A stretch of 64,000 bases of DNA from an uncultured Verrucomicrobiae bacterium (GCA_963769025.1 CAVYKI010000003.1:160001-224000), one strand, 5' to 3'; positions 51,399 through 62,160 are shown, numbered from the stretch's first letter. Notes: a model not told the origin generated them from the letters alone. Translations and numbers: made by a program.

Positions 51399-52496
51399 AT
51401 GCCCTCGCACTACGAAGACTCACTCCAGAACGACATCGATCGGATCCGCAAGAAGGTCTCCGAAATGGCCCGGCTCGCGGAATGCGCGCTCGAAGCATGC
51501 CTGAAGGCGCTCGCCACCTGCGACCGACAAATCGCCTACGCGGTGATCTTGCGCGACCGGCGCATTGACGAGTTGGAGAAGGAGCTGGACCGGCTGTGCC
51601 TGGAGTTTCTCATCCGCCAGCAGCCCGTCGCACGGCATCTGCGGCTCGCATACATCACCATCCGCGTGAACCTCGAGCTCGAGCGCATCGGCGATTACGC
51701 GGAGAGCATTGCACGGCAGACGCTGAAGCTCGCGCGGATGAATGCGCAGATTCCCATCGAGCGTTTCCAGCAGATCGGCAGCCTCAGCATCCCGATGCTG
51801 CGCGACGCGGTGAAGGCGTTCATCGCGGGCGACGAGGCGCTCGCGCGGGATGTCATCACGCGTGAGGACGAGGTGGATGCGCTGCGGAATGTCATCAACA
51901 ACGAGCTGTTCCAACTGCGCGAGGACAACCTGATTCCGCTGGAGGCTCTGACGCCGCTGATGACCATCGCGCGCCGCTTTGAGCGCGTGTCCGACCAGGC
52001 CACGAACATCTGCGAGGAAGTCATCTACATGGTGACGGGCGAATATCCTCGCAAGCTCGGCGGCGACACGTGGCGCATGGTTTTCATCGACGATCGCCAT
52101 CACTGCCGCAGCCAGATGGCCGAGGCCATCGCCACGGCGCTCAACCGTCCGCAATTCGTCTTTGCCAGCGCGGGCCTGACCGCGACGGAGATCGATCCCG
52201 GCACTGTGGAATTCATGCGGAGCAAGGGCGTGGATCTCTCACACGCACAGAGCCGCAGCGTGGCACAGCTCCCGAATCTCGACGCCGCGCAAATCATCGT
52301 CGCGCTCTCGCCCGCGGCGAAAAAGGCATTCCCGAAACCGACCAAGGCCGTGTGCCTCGACTGGAGCCTGCCCGATCCATCGCTCCTCGCCGGAAACGAC
52401 GCGGAAAGGCGCGCGGCCTACGAGTCCGCCTACCAGTTTCTCCGCGAACACATCTCCGAACTCTGCGACGCCGTGCTCAGTGACAGCATCGGCTGA
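51399..52496 (+). CDS. phoU: PhoU fused to a degenerate LMW-PTP/ArsC-like domain
   Basis: QQPVARHLR, LERIGDYAESI, FERVSDQATNICE; C-terminal VFIDDRHHCRSQMAEA...SAG...WSLPDP. Confidence 0.9.
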   Translation: MPSHYEDSLQNDIDRIRKKVSEMARLAECALEACLKALATCDRQIAYAVILRDRRIDELEKELDRLCLEFLIRQQPVARHLRLAYITIRVNLELERIGDYAESIARQTLKLARMNAQIPIERFQQIGSLSIPMLRDAVKAFIAGDEALARDVITREDEVDALRNVINNELFQLREDNLIPLEALTPLMTIARRFERVSDQATNICEEVIYMVTGEYPRKLGGDTWRMVFIDDRHHCRSQMAEAIATALNRPQFVFASAGLTATEIDPGTVEFMRSKGVDLSHAQSRSVAQLPNLDAAQIIVALSPAAKKAFPKPTKAVCLDWSLPDPSLLAGNDAERRAAYESAYQFLREHISELCDAVLSDSIG

Positions 52497-52519
52497 TTTT
52501 ACCAACAAACAAAGAATCC

Positions 52520-53434
52520 ATGAAACGAACATCCACACTCGCGCTCGCGACCCTCGCGGCGACGGCAATCTTCATCACCGGCTGCAACAAAAAGGGCGCA
52601 ACCGAAGGCGGAAAGTCCGGCACCGTCGCGCTGCAGAACATCGGCTCCGACACCATGGTGAATCTCGCCCAGGCATGGGCCGAGGCATACGCCCAAGTGG
52701 CGCCCGGCGTGTCCGTCGAAGTCTCCGGCGGAGGCAGCGGCATCGGCGTCGCGGCGCTCATCAACGGCACCTGCGACATCGCCAACAGCTCGCGCAGCCT
52801 CGAAAAGGAGGAGGAGGAAAAGGCCACCGCGAAATACGGCGGCAAGCATCCCGTCGAGCACCTCGTCGCCTACGATGCGCTGGCCATCTACGTGCATCCC
52901 AGCAATCCCCTGAACGAGATCTCCGTCGAGCAGCTCAGCGACCTTTTCCGCGACGGCGGCAAGATCAGCAAGTGGAGCGACCTCGGCGTCGCCGCTCCCG
53001 GCGGGCAGGACGAAATCGTGCGCATCAGCCGCCAGAACAACTCGGGCACCTACCATTACTTCCGCGAGGCGGTGCTCGGGAAAAAATCCGACTTCCGCCC
53101 CGGCTCGCGCGACATGTCCGGCTCGAAGGATGTCGTGGAACTCGTCGGCAACACGCCCGGTGCGATCGGCTACAGCGGCATCGGCTACCGGACGGACAAG
53201 GTGAAAGTCCTCAAAGTCTCGAAGAAGACCGGCGAGGCTGCGGTCGAACCAAGCATCAAGACCGCGCTCGACAAGAGCTACCCGATCGCCCGCCCGATGT
53301 TCATGTATGCGCCTCCGGGAGCGAAGCCCCAGGTGGACGCCTACCTGAAGTGGATCACCTCCGCGCCGGGCCAGGCGATCGTGATTGATAAGGGCTACAT
53401 CCCGCTCCCAGAGTTCGCGCCGAAAGACAAATAG
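52520..53434 (+). CDS. pstS: Phosphate ABC transporter substrate-binding lipoprotein
   Basis: Lipobox ITG-C; GSDTM, GGGSGIG, SRQNNSGT, YPIARP. Confidence 0.93.
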   Translation: MKRTSTLALATLAATAIFITGCNKKGATEGGKSGTVALQNIGSDTMVNLAQAWAEAYAQVAPGVSVEVSGGGSGIGVAALINGTCDIANSSRSLEKEEEEKATAKYGGKHPVEHLVAYDALAIYVHPSNPLNEISVEQLSDLFRDGGKISKWSDLGVAAPGGQDEIVRISRQNNSGTYHYFREAVLGKKSDFRPGSRDMSGSKDVVELVGNTPGAIGYSGIGYRTDKVKVLKVSKKTGEAAVEPSIKTALDKSYPIARPMFMYAPPGAKPQVDAYLKWITSAPGQAIVIDKGYIPLPEFAPKDK

Positions 53435-53451
53435 CAACCCCGATTTGAATC

Positions 53452-53491
53452 AAGGACGGGCGGTGACTTGCCAGCACCGCCCGCCTTTTTT
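53452..53491 (+). terminator. Intrinsic terminator-like hairpin between pstS and pstC
   Basis: CGGGCGGTG / CACCGCCCG stem followed by a T6 run. Confidence 0.75.
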
Positions 53492-53509
53492 CGTTCAGCG
53501 AAAGCCCTG

Positions 53510-54806
53510 ATGCACGCCCAGATCCAGACACCGCCCAAGCAGGCCGCCACGGTCGCCGTTCACACGGCGCTCGTGCTCCTCTGCGCCGCGGTCACGGTCG
53601 CGCTCGGGTGGTTCGCCGCCGGCGGCGCGCAGGCCCGCGCTGCGAACGGCTCATGGCTCGCCGAGGGCTGGCTGGGGCTGGGCGCATTTGCCGGATTCCT
53701 CGCGAGCGCCTTCATCGCGCGACGCGGACGGGTCGTGGAATGGGCCGGCATCCTCGCCTGGCTGGCTGTGCTCGCGGCATTCCCGCTCGTCCATGCGCTG
53801 TCCGGCCGATCGTTCCTGCCGTACTGCGGGCTCACCTTCGTCTTTCTCTTTGCCGCGCTGCATCTCGGCGGCTTCCTCGCGTCGGAGATCGGGGGCTTTG
53901 CGCACGACGGCTTCATCGAGCGCCCCATCCGCATCGCGGGCATCAGCGCGATCGTCTTCGTCTTCGGCATCTTCTTCTTCGTCTTCCGCGAAGGCGGCCC
54001 GATCCTCTGGGAAAAGGGGACGAACTTCAGCCTCTCGCAGTTCCTCAGCAGCCCCGATTGGTTTCCCACGTCATTGGGAAACAAACGCTACGGCGTGCTG
54101 CTGCTGATCATCGGCACGCTGAGCGTGACCGTCCTCGCGATCCTCATCGCCGTTCCGTTCGCGCTCGGCGGGGCGATTTTCCTCTCCGAGTTCTGCACGG
54201 GAAAGCTGCGCGAGTGGATGAAGATCATCATCGAACTGCTGGCCGCCATTCCCGAGCATCGTCTGGGGCTTCATCGGCATCACGGTGATCAATCCGCTGA
54301 TCATCAAACTGTTCGGCGTCTCCATCGGCCTGAACGTCCTGAACGCCGCATTCATCCTCGCCCTCATGGCCATGCCCATCATGGTCAGCATCGGCGAAGA
54401 CGCGCTCAAGGCCGTCCCGGACAGCTACCGCGAGGCCGCGACCGCGCTCGGCGCCACGCGCTGGCAGATGATTTACCGCGTGCTCCTGCCCGCGGGAAAA
54501 AACGGCCTGCTCGCCGCAGTCCTCCTCGGCGTCGGACGCGCGGTGGGCGAGACGATGGCCGTGCTCATGGCCACCGGGCATTCGATCAACAACCCGTTCA
54601 TCAAGGACGGCTCGTTCAATTCCGCGTGGATGTTTGAAAGCTGCCGGACACTCACCGCCACCATCGCCGCGGAACTTGGCGAAGCCAGCGAGCACAGCCC
54701 GCACTACCGGGTCCTCTTCATGATCGGCATCCTGCTGCTCGGCACCACCTTCGTCATCAATCTCGTCGCCGACCTCGTCGTGAAAGGCGTCCGCAAACAG
54801 AAATGA
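53510..54806 (+). CDS. pstC: Phosphate ABC transporter permease PstC with N-terminal membrane extension (frameshift near 54253)
   Basis: IELLAAIP/SIVWG, EDALKAVP, GRAVGETMAV, TLTATIAAELGE. Confidence 0.9.
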
Positions 54807-55720
54807 GCACGCCCGCCGCCACCACGATCCGCGAACCGTTCACCGTCACCGACCACGTGCGGCGCAAGATGAAGCACGAGAAGATCGCCCGCGCCATCTT
54901 CGCGACCATGGTCGTGCTGATGCTGGTGCCGCTCTTCGCGATCCTCTACCACGTCATCTCGAAGGGCGCGCCGCTGATCGACTGGGATTTCCTGACCACC
55001 AATCCCCGGAAGGGCATGACGCAGGGCGGCATCTGGAGCGCACTCCTCGGCACGATCTGGCTCGTCATCGTGTCACTCGCGATCAGCGCCCCGCTCGGCG
55101 TGCTCGCCGCCGTGTACCTGAACGAATACGCGAAGGACAACTGGCTCACCCGCGTGGTGAACCTCGCCGTGGTGAACCTCGCCGGCGTCCCCAGCATCGT
55201 CCACGCACTCTTCGGCCTCGGCGCGTTCGTGCTCTTCTTTGAAATGGGCCGCTCCGTGCTTGCCGCCTCGCTCACGCTGGCGGTGATGACCATGCCCGTC
55301 GTCATCACCTCCACCCGCGAGGCGCTCGGCGCGGTGCCGCTGAGCTTCCGCGAGGCGTGCTGGAACGTCGGGGCCACCAACTGGCAGACCATCCGCAGCA
55401 TCGTCCTGCCCAATTCGATCAGCGGCATCCTGACGGGCGTCATCCTCGAAATCAGCCGCAAGGCCGGCGAGACCGTGCCCATCATGTTCACCGGTGCCGT
55501 CTTTTTCCGGAACATCGCCGAGGGCGACTTCTTCGCCTACAGCGTGAACGACCAGTGCATGGCCCTCTCCATGCACCTCTACACCGTCACCACGCAGGTC
55601 AACGGCGCGCCGCCCGCGCTGCCCTTCGCCGTGGCGACCGTGCTCATCGTCTCCATCATCCTGATCAACACGACCGCCATCTCGGTCCGCGCGTGGCTGC
55701 GCTCCCGCAAGAAATGGTAA
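54803..55720 (+). CDS. pstA: Phosphate ABC transporter permease PstA
   Basis: AVYLNEYA, LAGVPSIVHALFGL, RKAGETVPI. Confidence 0.93.
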   Translation: MSTPAATTIREPFTVTDHVRRKMKHEKIARAIFATMVVLMLVPLFAILYHVISKGAPLIDWDFLTTNPRKGMTQGGIWSALLGTIWLVIVSLAISAPLGVLAAVYLNEYAKDNWLTRVVNLAVVNLAGVPSIVHALFGLGAFVLFFEMGRSVLAASLTLAVMTMPVVITSTREALGAVPLSFREACWNVGATNWQTIRSIVLPNSISGILTGVILEISRKAGETVPIMFTGAVFFRNIAEGDFFAYSVNDQCMALSMHLYTVTTQVNGAPPALPFAVATVLIVSIILINTTAISVRAWLRSRKKW

Positions 55721-55725
55721 CCTCG

Positions 55726-56490
55726 ATGTCCGACACCTTGAAAAAGATCGAAGTCGAGAATCTCCGGCTCAGCTATGGGGCAAAGGAGGTCATCCACGGC
55801 ATCTCGTTTCACATCGAGCCGAACGAAATCCTCGGCGTCATCGGCCCCGCGCAAAGCGGCAAGACCTCGCTGCTGCGGTGCATCAACCGGACGATCGAAT
55901 TCACCGCCGGCGCAAAGCCGAGCGGCGTCATCCGCGTGGACGGGACGGACGTGATGGACATGAGGAACGTGTACGAGCTGCGCCGTCGCGTCGGCATGGT
56001 CGCGCCGCTGCCGGTCGGCCTGCCGCTGAGCATCTACGACAACGTCGCCTTCGCCCCGCGCGCCGCCGGCATGAGGCGGAAGAGCGAGCTCGATGTGCTC
56101 GTGGAAAAATGCCTCACGCAGGCCGCGCTGTGGGACGAGGTGAAGGATCGGCTCGACTCGCTCGGCACGAAACTGAGCGGCGGCCAGCAGCAGCGACTCA
56201 CCATCGCGCGCGCGCTTTCGCACAGCCCGGAGATTCTGTGCCTCGACGAGTTCAGCATCGCCATCGACCCCGTGACCACGATGCGGATCGAGGACGTGCT
56301 CAAGGAGCTGAAGAAGGACATGACCATCATCCTCGTGACGAACCTCGTGCAGCAGGCCCGCCGCCTCGCTGCGCGCACGATGTTCCTGTGGAATGGCGAA
56401 ATCATCGAGCTCGGCCCGACCGAGCAGCTCTTCGGCGACAGCCCGAAGGACAAACGCACGTATGACTACGTGAACGGGATTTTCGGATGA
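55726..56490 (+). CDS. pstB: Phosphate ABC ATP-binding protein, copy 1 (Q-loop and H-loop degenerate)
   Basis: GPAQSGKTS, LSGGQQQ, LCLDEFS; VGMVAP and LVTNLV at the Q- and H-loop positions. Confidence 0.9.
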   Translation: MSDTLKKIEVENLRLSYGAKEVIHGISFHIEPNEILGVIGPAQSGKTSLLRCINRTIEFTAGAKPSGVIRVDGTDVMDMRNVYELRRRVGMVAPLPVGLPLSIYDNVAFAPRAAGMRRKSELDVLVEKCLTQAALWDEVKDRLDSLGTKLSGGQQQRLTIARALSHSPEILCLDEFSIAIDPVTTMRIEDVLKELKKDMTIILVTNLVQQARRLAARTMFLWNGEIIELGPTEQLFGDSPKDKRTYDYVNGIFG

Positions 56491-57259
56491 ACGACCCGCA
56501 GCACAGCATCACCACCCGCGACGTGAAGCTCTGGTATGGAAAATTCCAGGCGCTCAAGGGCATCAACGTGGACATCAAGCACGGCAAGATCACCTCGCTC
56601 ATCGGCCCGAGCGGCTGCGGAAAGACGACGCTGCTGCGCTGCTTCAACCGCGTGAACGAGCGCTACGGCAACGTGACCACGACCGGCGAAATCAAGCTGC
56701 TCGGCAAAAACATCTACGACGCCGACGTCTCGCTCATCGAGCTGCGCAAGTCCGTCGGCATGGTCTTCCAGCGGCCGAATCCGCTGCCGCTTTCCATTTA
56801 CGAGAACGTCGTCTTCGGCCTGCGCATCCACGCGGATTCGAAGCCAAGCCGCAGCGATCTCGACGATGCCGTGGAAAAGGCGCTCACGGAAACCGGGCTC
56901 TGGGCGGACCTGAAGGATCGCCTGCACGACCGCGCCATCGGCCTCCAGCTCGAGCAGCAGCAGAAGCTCTGCATCGCACGCCTGCTTCCGCTGAAGCCGC
57001 GAGATCATCCTCATGGACGAGCCGTGCTCGGCGCTCGACGTGGACGGCACGCGCGCCATCGAGGAGCTGATGTGGAGCCTCGCGGGCCGCTACACGATCG
57101 TCATCGTCACGCACAACATGGCGCAGGCCCGCCGCGCGAGCAACGAGATGCATCTTCATGCTCATGGGCGAACTCATCGAGCACTCGCGCACCGAGGATC
57201 TTTTCCTGACCCCGCGGGACAGCAGGACAGCCGAGTACATCGAAGGCCGCTACGGATAG
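56487..57259 (+). CDS. pstB: Phosphate ABC ATP-binding protein, copy 2 (signature degenerate; frameshifts near 57000 and 57148)
   Basis: [43 protein letters not shown]. Confidence 0.9.
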
Positions 57260-57324
57260 CCGCACAGGGAGCGGCCCCATTTTCCACTGGCGCAGAGGGG
57301 ACATGCGCAGTTCACTCCCGCCCA

Positions 57325-58041
57325 ATGTCCAAAGCGCTCCGCATCCTCCTCGCCGCCCTCGCGCTGGTCGGCCCGCAATTTTCCAAAGCCGCCAGCCCTC
57401 AGGAACCGCGCGAGCCGGGCGAATACATCATCATCGCCGGCGGCGTGGCGCTTCATGTGTGGGAAAAATGGAAGGCCCAGCCGCATGACAACTGGTGGGC
57501 GAATTTCGTCCGCGCCTCGCGGATCCGCATCGAGCAAATCCAGAAGGCAAACCCGGCCCAGCAGATCACCTGGCTGGTGTACCGGCCCGCGTACATCACC
57601 CGTTCGCGACAGGACAACCGCGACTACACGAATCTCATCACGAGCGTCCGTGACACGTTTCACGTCCGGCTGATGTGGTTTGAGTCCACATCGCAGCTTG
57701 TGAACTACATCAACCGCGGCCAGCCCCGGGATCGCGTGAAAATCAACGGCCTCGAGTACTTCGGCCACAGCAACAAGGCGTGTTTCCTGTTCGACTACTC
57801 CAACATCATCGACAGCGCCTCGAAGGTCTGGCTTCACGAAAATGAGCTTACGAAGATCAACCGTGGCATTTTCACACGCGACGCACTCGTACGGAGCTGG
57901 GGCTGCCACACGGGCGAAAGCATGTCGGCAAAATTCCGCTCGGCGACCGGCGTTCCCATGTGGGGCCTCACGGGCAAGAGCCAGTACCTGACCGAGGAAC
58001 TCCCCATCCCATCGACCGCCGCCGGCCGCTGGATACGCTGA
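57325..58041 (+). CDS. Exported hypothetical protein with a possible His-Cys dyad
   Basis: Signal peptide; YFGHSN and SWGCHTG motifs. Confidence 0.65.
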   Translation: MSKALRILLAALALVGPQFSKAASPQEPREPGEYIIIAGGVALHVWEKWKAQPHDNWWANFVRASRIRIEQIQKANPAQQITWLVYRPAYITRSRQDNRDYTNLITSVRDTFHVRLMWFESTSQLVNYINRGQPRDRVKINGLEYFGHSNKACFLFDYSNIIDSASKVWLHENELTKINRGIFTRDALVRSWGCHTGESMSAKFRSATGVPMWGLTGKSQYLTEELPIPSTAAGRWIR

Positions 58042-58073
58042 CGGCAACTTCCGCACGCTTTTCCAAAACTCCA

Positions 58074-59079
58074 ATGCAACTCCGCGATCTGCAGGCCATC
58101 TACGAAACACCATTCTTCGATCTCATCGGCCGCGCGCGGGAGGTCTATCTCGCGCATTGGAAAATGAACGAGGTGCAGCTCTGCACGCTGCTCTCGATCA
58201 AGACCGGCGGCTGCTCGGAGGACTGCGGCTACTGCGCGCAGAGCGCCCGCTACAACACGGGCGTGGAAGCGCGAGACGCTGATGGAACCCGACGCCATCG
58301 ATGGCCGTCGCGCATCGCGCGCGGGAAAACGGCTCGACGCGCTTCTGCATGGGCGCGGCGTGGAAGGGCGTGCGCGACGGCGACGCGAAATTCGAGCAGG
58401 TGCTCGAGCACCATGCGCGACGTCAGCAAGCTCGGCATGGAAGTCTGCGTCACCCTCGGCCAGCTCGGCGCTCGCCGAGGCGCGCAAGCTCAAGGACGCC
58501 GGCGTCACCGCCTACAATCACAACATCGACACCTCGCCGGAGCATTACCCGAAGATCGTCACCACGCACACCTTCCAGGATCGCCTCGAACACCATCAGC
58601 CACGTGCAGCACGCCGGCATGGACGTCTGCTGCGGCGGCATCATCGGCCTCGGCGAGACCGATCGACGACCGCCTGAAGATGCTCGAGGTGCTCACGAAC
58701 TTCGACCCCGCCGCCCGAGAGCGTGCCGATCAACTGCCTCATGCCCATGCCCGGCACGCCGCTCGAGGAGCAGCCGCCCGTGGATATCTTCGAGCTCGTG
58801 CGCCTCATCGCCACCACGCGCATCGCGCTGCCGCAGCGCCAAGGTCCGCCTCAGCGCCGGCCGCACGCGCCTCACCGCGAAGGCCAGGCGCTCTGCTTCT
58901 TCGCCGGCGCGAATTCCATTTTCTACGGCGACAAACTCCTCACCGCCGCCAACCCCGGCAAGGACGACGACCGCGCGCTGCTCCACGAACTCGACCTCAA
59001 GCCACAGGCCCCCTTCATCAGCGAACATCCCGCCGGAACCGAGCACGAGTGCGGCTCGCCGATGGCGTGCCTGACGTAG
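58074..59079 (+). CDS. bioB: Biotin synthase (many frameshifts)
   Basis: [63 protein letters not shown] spread over three frames. Confidence 0.93.
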
Positions 59080-59158
59080 CAAGGCCGGACTCCCTCCCCG
59101 TCTCGTCGGCCCGCCCGCCAAAGATGCCGCGCGGTCGCCAGTCCCGCCTGCCTTGAGG

Positions 59159-59233
<75 letters not shown>

Positions 59234-59407
59234 ATCTCAAGGGCGCGGAATGAAACGCCGCATGCCTCGGATGGCAAGCCGAATTCGGCAATTTTGGAAA
59301 ATGACGGGGTGAAACTCCGAAGTCGGGACATCGTCCGGCCGGTCACCGGATCGGTGCGATGCCGGGGCGCTTCATTCAAAAGCCACCGCCGATTTCCAAC
59401 AACGAGG

Positions 59408-59914
59408 TCACTTCGAGCCAGACTCCGGACCGCTGGCCTTCAGCTGCTTGATGACGTCCTTGAATTTGTCCGCGTTGCGGGGATCCGCGACGACACACGC
59501 GGTATGAGCGTCCAGCATCGCTTCCCGGGTGGAGGCGACGTCGCCGGGGTGGAAGATGGGCTCCGCGCGCTCCGCGGGCCTGCTGGAAGGAACCGGCTTG
59601 TCGCAAAAGAGCGGGTCGAGCCCGAGGCCTGCGAGCAGGTCTGCGTTGCGCTCGTTGCGATTCACCACCCAGAGCGCGCCGCTTCCGAGATCGCGAAGGC
59701 GGATGGCGAGACCCGCGAGCGTGCCCATGAAGGTCGAATCCATCGCCGGGCAGTTTTTCAAATCGACCACAAACTCCCGGCGGCCGTCCTCGATCGCACT
59801 GCGCGAAAAATCCTTGAGCGCCGGGCTGTTCTGAAACGAGCCCCTTCCTTCGACCCGAATCCAAACCTCTGGACCGCTCTCGGTGTCGGCGAAAATCGTG
59901 GGATGCAGGCTCAT
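59408..59914 (-). CDS. STAS-domain protein (anti-sigma factor antagonist-like)
   Basis: VVDLKNCPAMDSTFMGTL. Confidence 0.85.
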   Translation of the reverse strand: MSLHPTIFADTESGPEVWIRVEGRGSFQNSPALKDFSRSAIEDGRREFVVDLKNCPAMDSTFMGTLAGLAIRLRDLGSGALWVVNRNERNADLLAGLGLDPLFCDKPVPSSRPAERAEPIFHPGDVASTREAMLDAHTACVVADPRNADKFKDVIKQLKASGPESGSK

Positions 59915-59996
59915 GAAGATTTACCAGAAACTTTCATCGCACCGAAACGGCTTCGGGTCAAATCACCGGTCCCGCCGGTCATTGCTCTGCGAGTCG

Positions 59997-60515
59997 TCAA
60001 TTCCACAGGAATGACTGGTGAAGTCCGACCGCTCGGCCGTTTTCGATCAAAAGAAGCCGCCATGATGTGATTTTCCCGCCCTCCTTATACTCATCGCCGG
60101 TGACAGTGAGCTTCGACTCCACCGAACCTTTCACCGCCGGGTAGCTCAGCTCCTTGGCCTGGACGTGCGAAGCTAGCTTTTCCTGCCGGTACTCGAGCCT
60201 GAGGACGATGTCGGCCTGGCGCTTCGCGCTCCACCAAATGTTGAAGTAGTAACCTTGCCGCTCGACGAGATCCACGTTCGTGATCGCCCCGTAGTTCAGG
60301 CGCTGGCGCTGGAAGATGAGCATCTGGTCCTCCGTCGGCTTTTCAAAGCGCGGGTCGTTCAGGAATTTCGTGACTTTGCGGAATGCAAAATCGTCACTCA
60401 GCGCGAGGGGCACGACGTTGGCACGGGCGATGGGAAGCTGTCGCAACGGTTCCTTTGGGGTCGTGCAGGCCGGGAGTGCTGCCGCCGCGAGAAGCGCGGC
60501 AAATAGGCGGGTCAT
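59997..60515 (-). CDS. Hypothetical lipoprotein
   Basis: MTRLFAALLAAAALPA-C lipobox-like leader. Confidence 0.65.
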   Translation of the reverse strand: MTRLFAALLAAAALPACTTPKEPLRQLPIARANVVPLALSDDFAFRKVTKFLNDPRFEKPTEDQMLIFQRQRLNYGAITNVDLVERQGYYFNIWWSAKRQADIVLRLEYRQEKLASHVQAKELSYPAVKGSVESKLTVTGDEYKEGGKITSWRLLLIENGRAVGLHQSFLWN

Positions 60516-60603
60516 GACTGCCGAGTAAAACGGGCGGGTCACGCCGTTGCAACGCCGTAAATTCCCTAGCGCCTCGCGTGAACCCTGCTACCCATCCCGA
60601 AGC

Positions 60604-61608
60604 ATGATGCACCCTCTGCTACGCACCGCGATCGCCGCCACGAGTCTCCTGGCGTGCGCGCATTCACGCGCGGCGGATCCCGCCGAGAACGCCACCAAGG
60701 CAGAGGGCGGTGACAGGCGCGATTACGTCCGCTACCTCGGCGACGACCGGCGCGGCAAACTCCAGACTGTCATCGTCACCATGAAAAAGGGGGACGTGCA
60801 GGTGGAACTCATCGGCGCTGTCCACGTCGCGGATCCGGGCTACTATAAGCAGCTCACCAAACTTTTCACCGGATACGAGGAGCTGCTCTTCGAACTCGTG
60901 GATGGCCAGAGAATGAAGCAGGATCTCGAACAGGCCGCCGCGCCCAAGCCACCGAAACGAGCCGCACCTGCCGGCCAAGGTGTGTTCCCGCCGGATGATG
61001 ACGCCGGGGAGGTGAGCGCAAAGGATCGCAGCCCGGCGTTCAAAATCATCAGCGCCTTCATGCAGGGGTTCGGCAAGTATTTTCACCTGCAATACCAGAC
61101 GGATGGCATCGACTATCACACGAAGAACTTCGTCCACGCCGACGTGAGCATGGATGAGTTCGAGCGCCTCCAGGCCGAAAAAGGCGAGTCGTTCGCGGAC
61201 CTCATCCGCAAGGCGATCGAAGCGCAGCTCGAGGTCGGCTCCGACCGGAATGCGGAGCCAAAGGGCAGCCAGCTCCTGCTAGCGCTGCTCGGCGATTCAA
61301 GCGGGCTGAAGGTCTCAATGGCACGCCAGCTCGCCGCCGCGGACGAACTCGTGGCCGTGATGGAAAGGGAAGACGGCGGCTCGGTCATCATCACCGAGCG
61401 GAACAAGAAAGCCCTGGCCGTCCTCGATCAGGAGACCGCCGCCGGGCGCAAGAATCTCGGCATCTTCTATGGCGCGGCCCATCTCGCGGACATGGAGACA
61501 GCGATGGAGAAAATGGGCTACCGCCGCACGGGCGAACGCTGGATGACCGCATGGGACATCAAGCCTCGCGCGGACGAAATCCGTCCCCCTTCCCCGACGG
61601 CGGAATAG
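60604..61608 (+). CDS. Exported protein, possibly TraB/GumN (Tiki)-like
   Basis: Signal peptide; IGAVHVAD, LFELV, ITERN, FYGAAHL motifs. Confidence 0.6.
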   Translation: MMHPLLRTAIAATSLLACAHSRAADPAENATKAEGGDRRDYVRYLGDDRRGKLQTVIVTMKKGDVQVELIGAVHVADPGYYKQLTKLFTGYEELLFELVDGQRMKQDLEQAAAPKPPKRAAPAGQGVFPPDDDAGEVSAKDRSPAFKIISAFMQGFGKYFHLQYQTDGIDYHTKNFVHADVSMDEFERLQAEKGESFADLIRKAIEAQLEVGSDRNAEPKGSQLLLALLGDSSGLKVSMARQLAAADELVAVMEREDGGSVIITERNKKALAVLDQETAAGRKNLGIFYGAAHLADMETAMEKMGYRRTGERWMTAWDIKPRADEIRPPSPTAE

Positions 61609-61693
61609 CGCGCCTTTCCGCGGGCGTCTGCCCACGCGCCCGGCACAAATCCCCGTGTCGCGCACAGGAATCGCTTTGGTCACTGGCAGCACC

Positions 61694-62155
61694 ATGCCCG
61701 AAGTCCTAGCCCTCAGCACTGCCCAGCCCGCGCGCACCCGCGGCGGCGAGCCATTCGTCGCATATCTCCGCGAACTGACGGAATGCTGGATCGGCGGCCT
61801 CGTCACGGACGAGGACTACGCCTACCAGCGCGCGGAAAAACTTGCCGCCCTCCTCCGTCCCACCCGCTTCCTGTGGATTGCGTCAGCCATCGGCGGATTG
61901 GTCATCGGCGCGCTTGCAGGCCCCGTCACATGGCATTTTACGAGCGACTGGCGCGCCACCGCAGGCGTCGCGACCGTCGCCGGGATGTGGGGCCTCACCT
62001 CGCTCGGGAGGCTGCTGCGGGAAAAATTCATCGAGCTCCAGCTCCGCGAACGGAGAAAGATCCTCGTGGCGCTTCTCGAAAACGATCTGCTGACCGCGAC
62101 TGAATTTGCCGACTACGACGACCGTCTGGCCGAAGACCGCACGGGCGTCATCTAG
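61694..62155 (+). CDS. Hypothetical membrane protein (two TM helices)
   Basis: Two hydrophobic segments; fills the gap between flanking genes. Confidence 0.6.
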   Translation: MPEVLALSTAQPARTRGGEPFVAYLRELTECWIGGLVTDEDYAYQRAEKLAALLRPTRFLWIASAIGGLVIGALAGPVTWHFTSDWRATAGVATVAGMWGLTSLGRLLREKFIELQLRERRKILVALLENDLLTATEFADYDDRLAEDRTGVI

Positions 62156-62160
62156 GCCGT

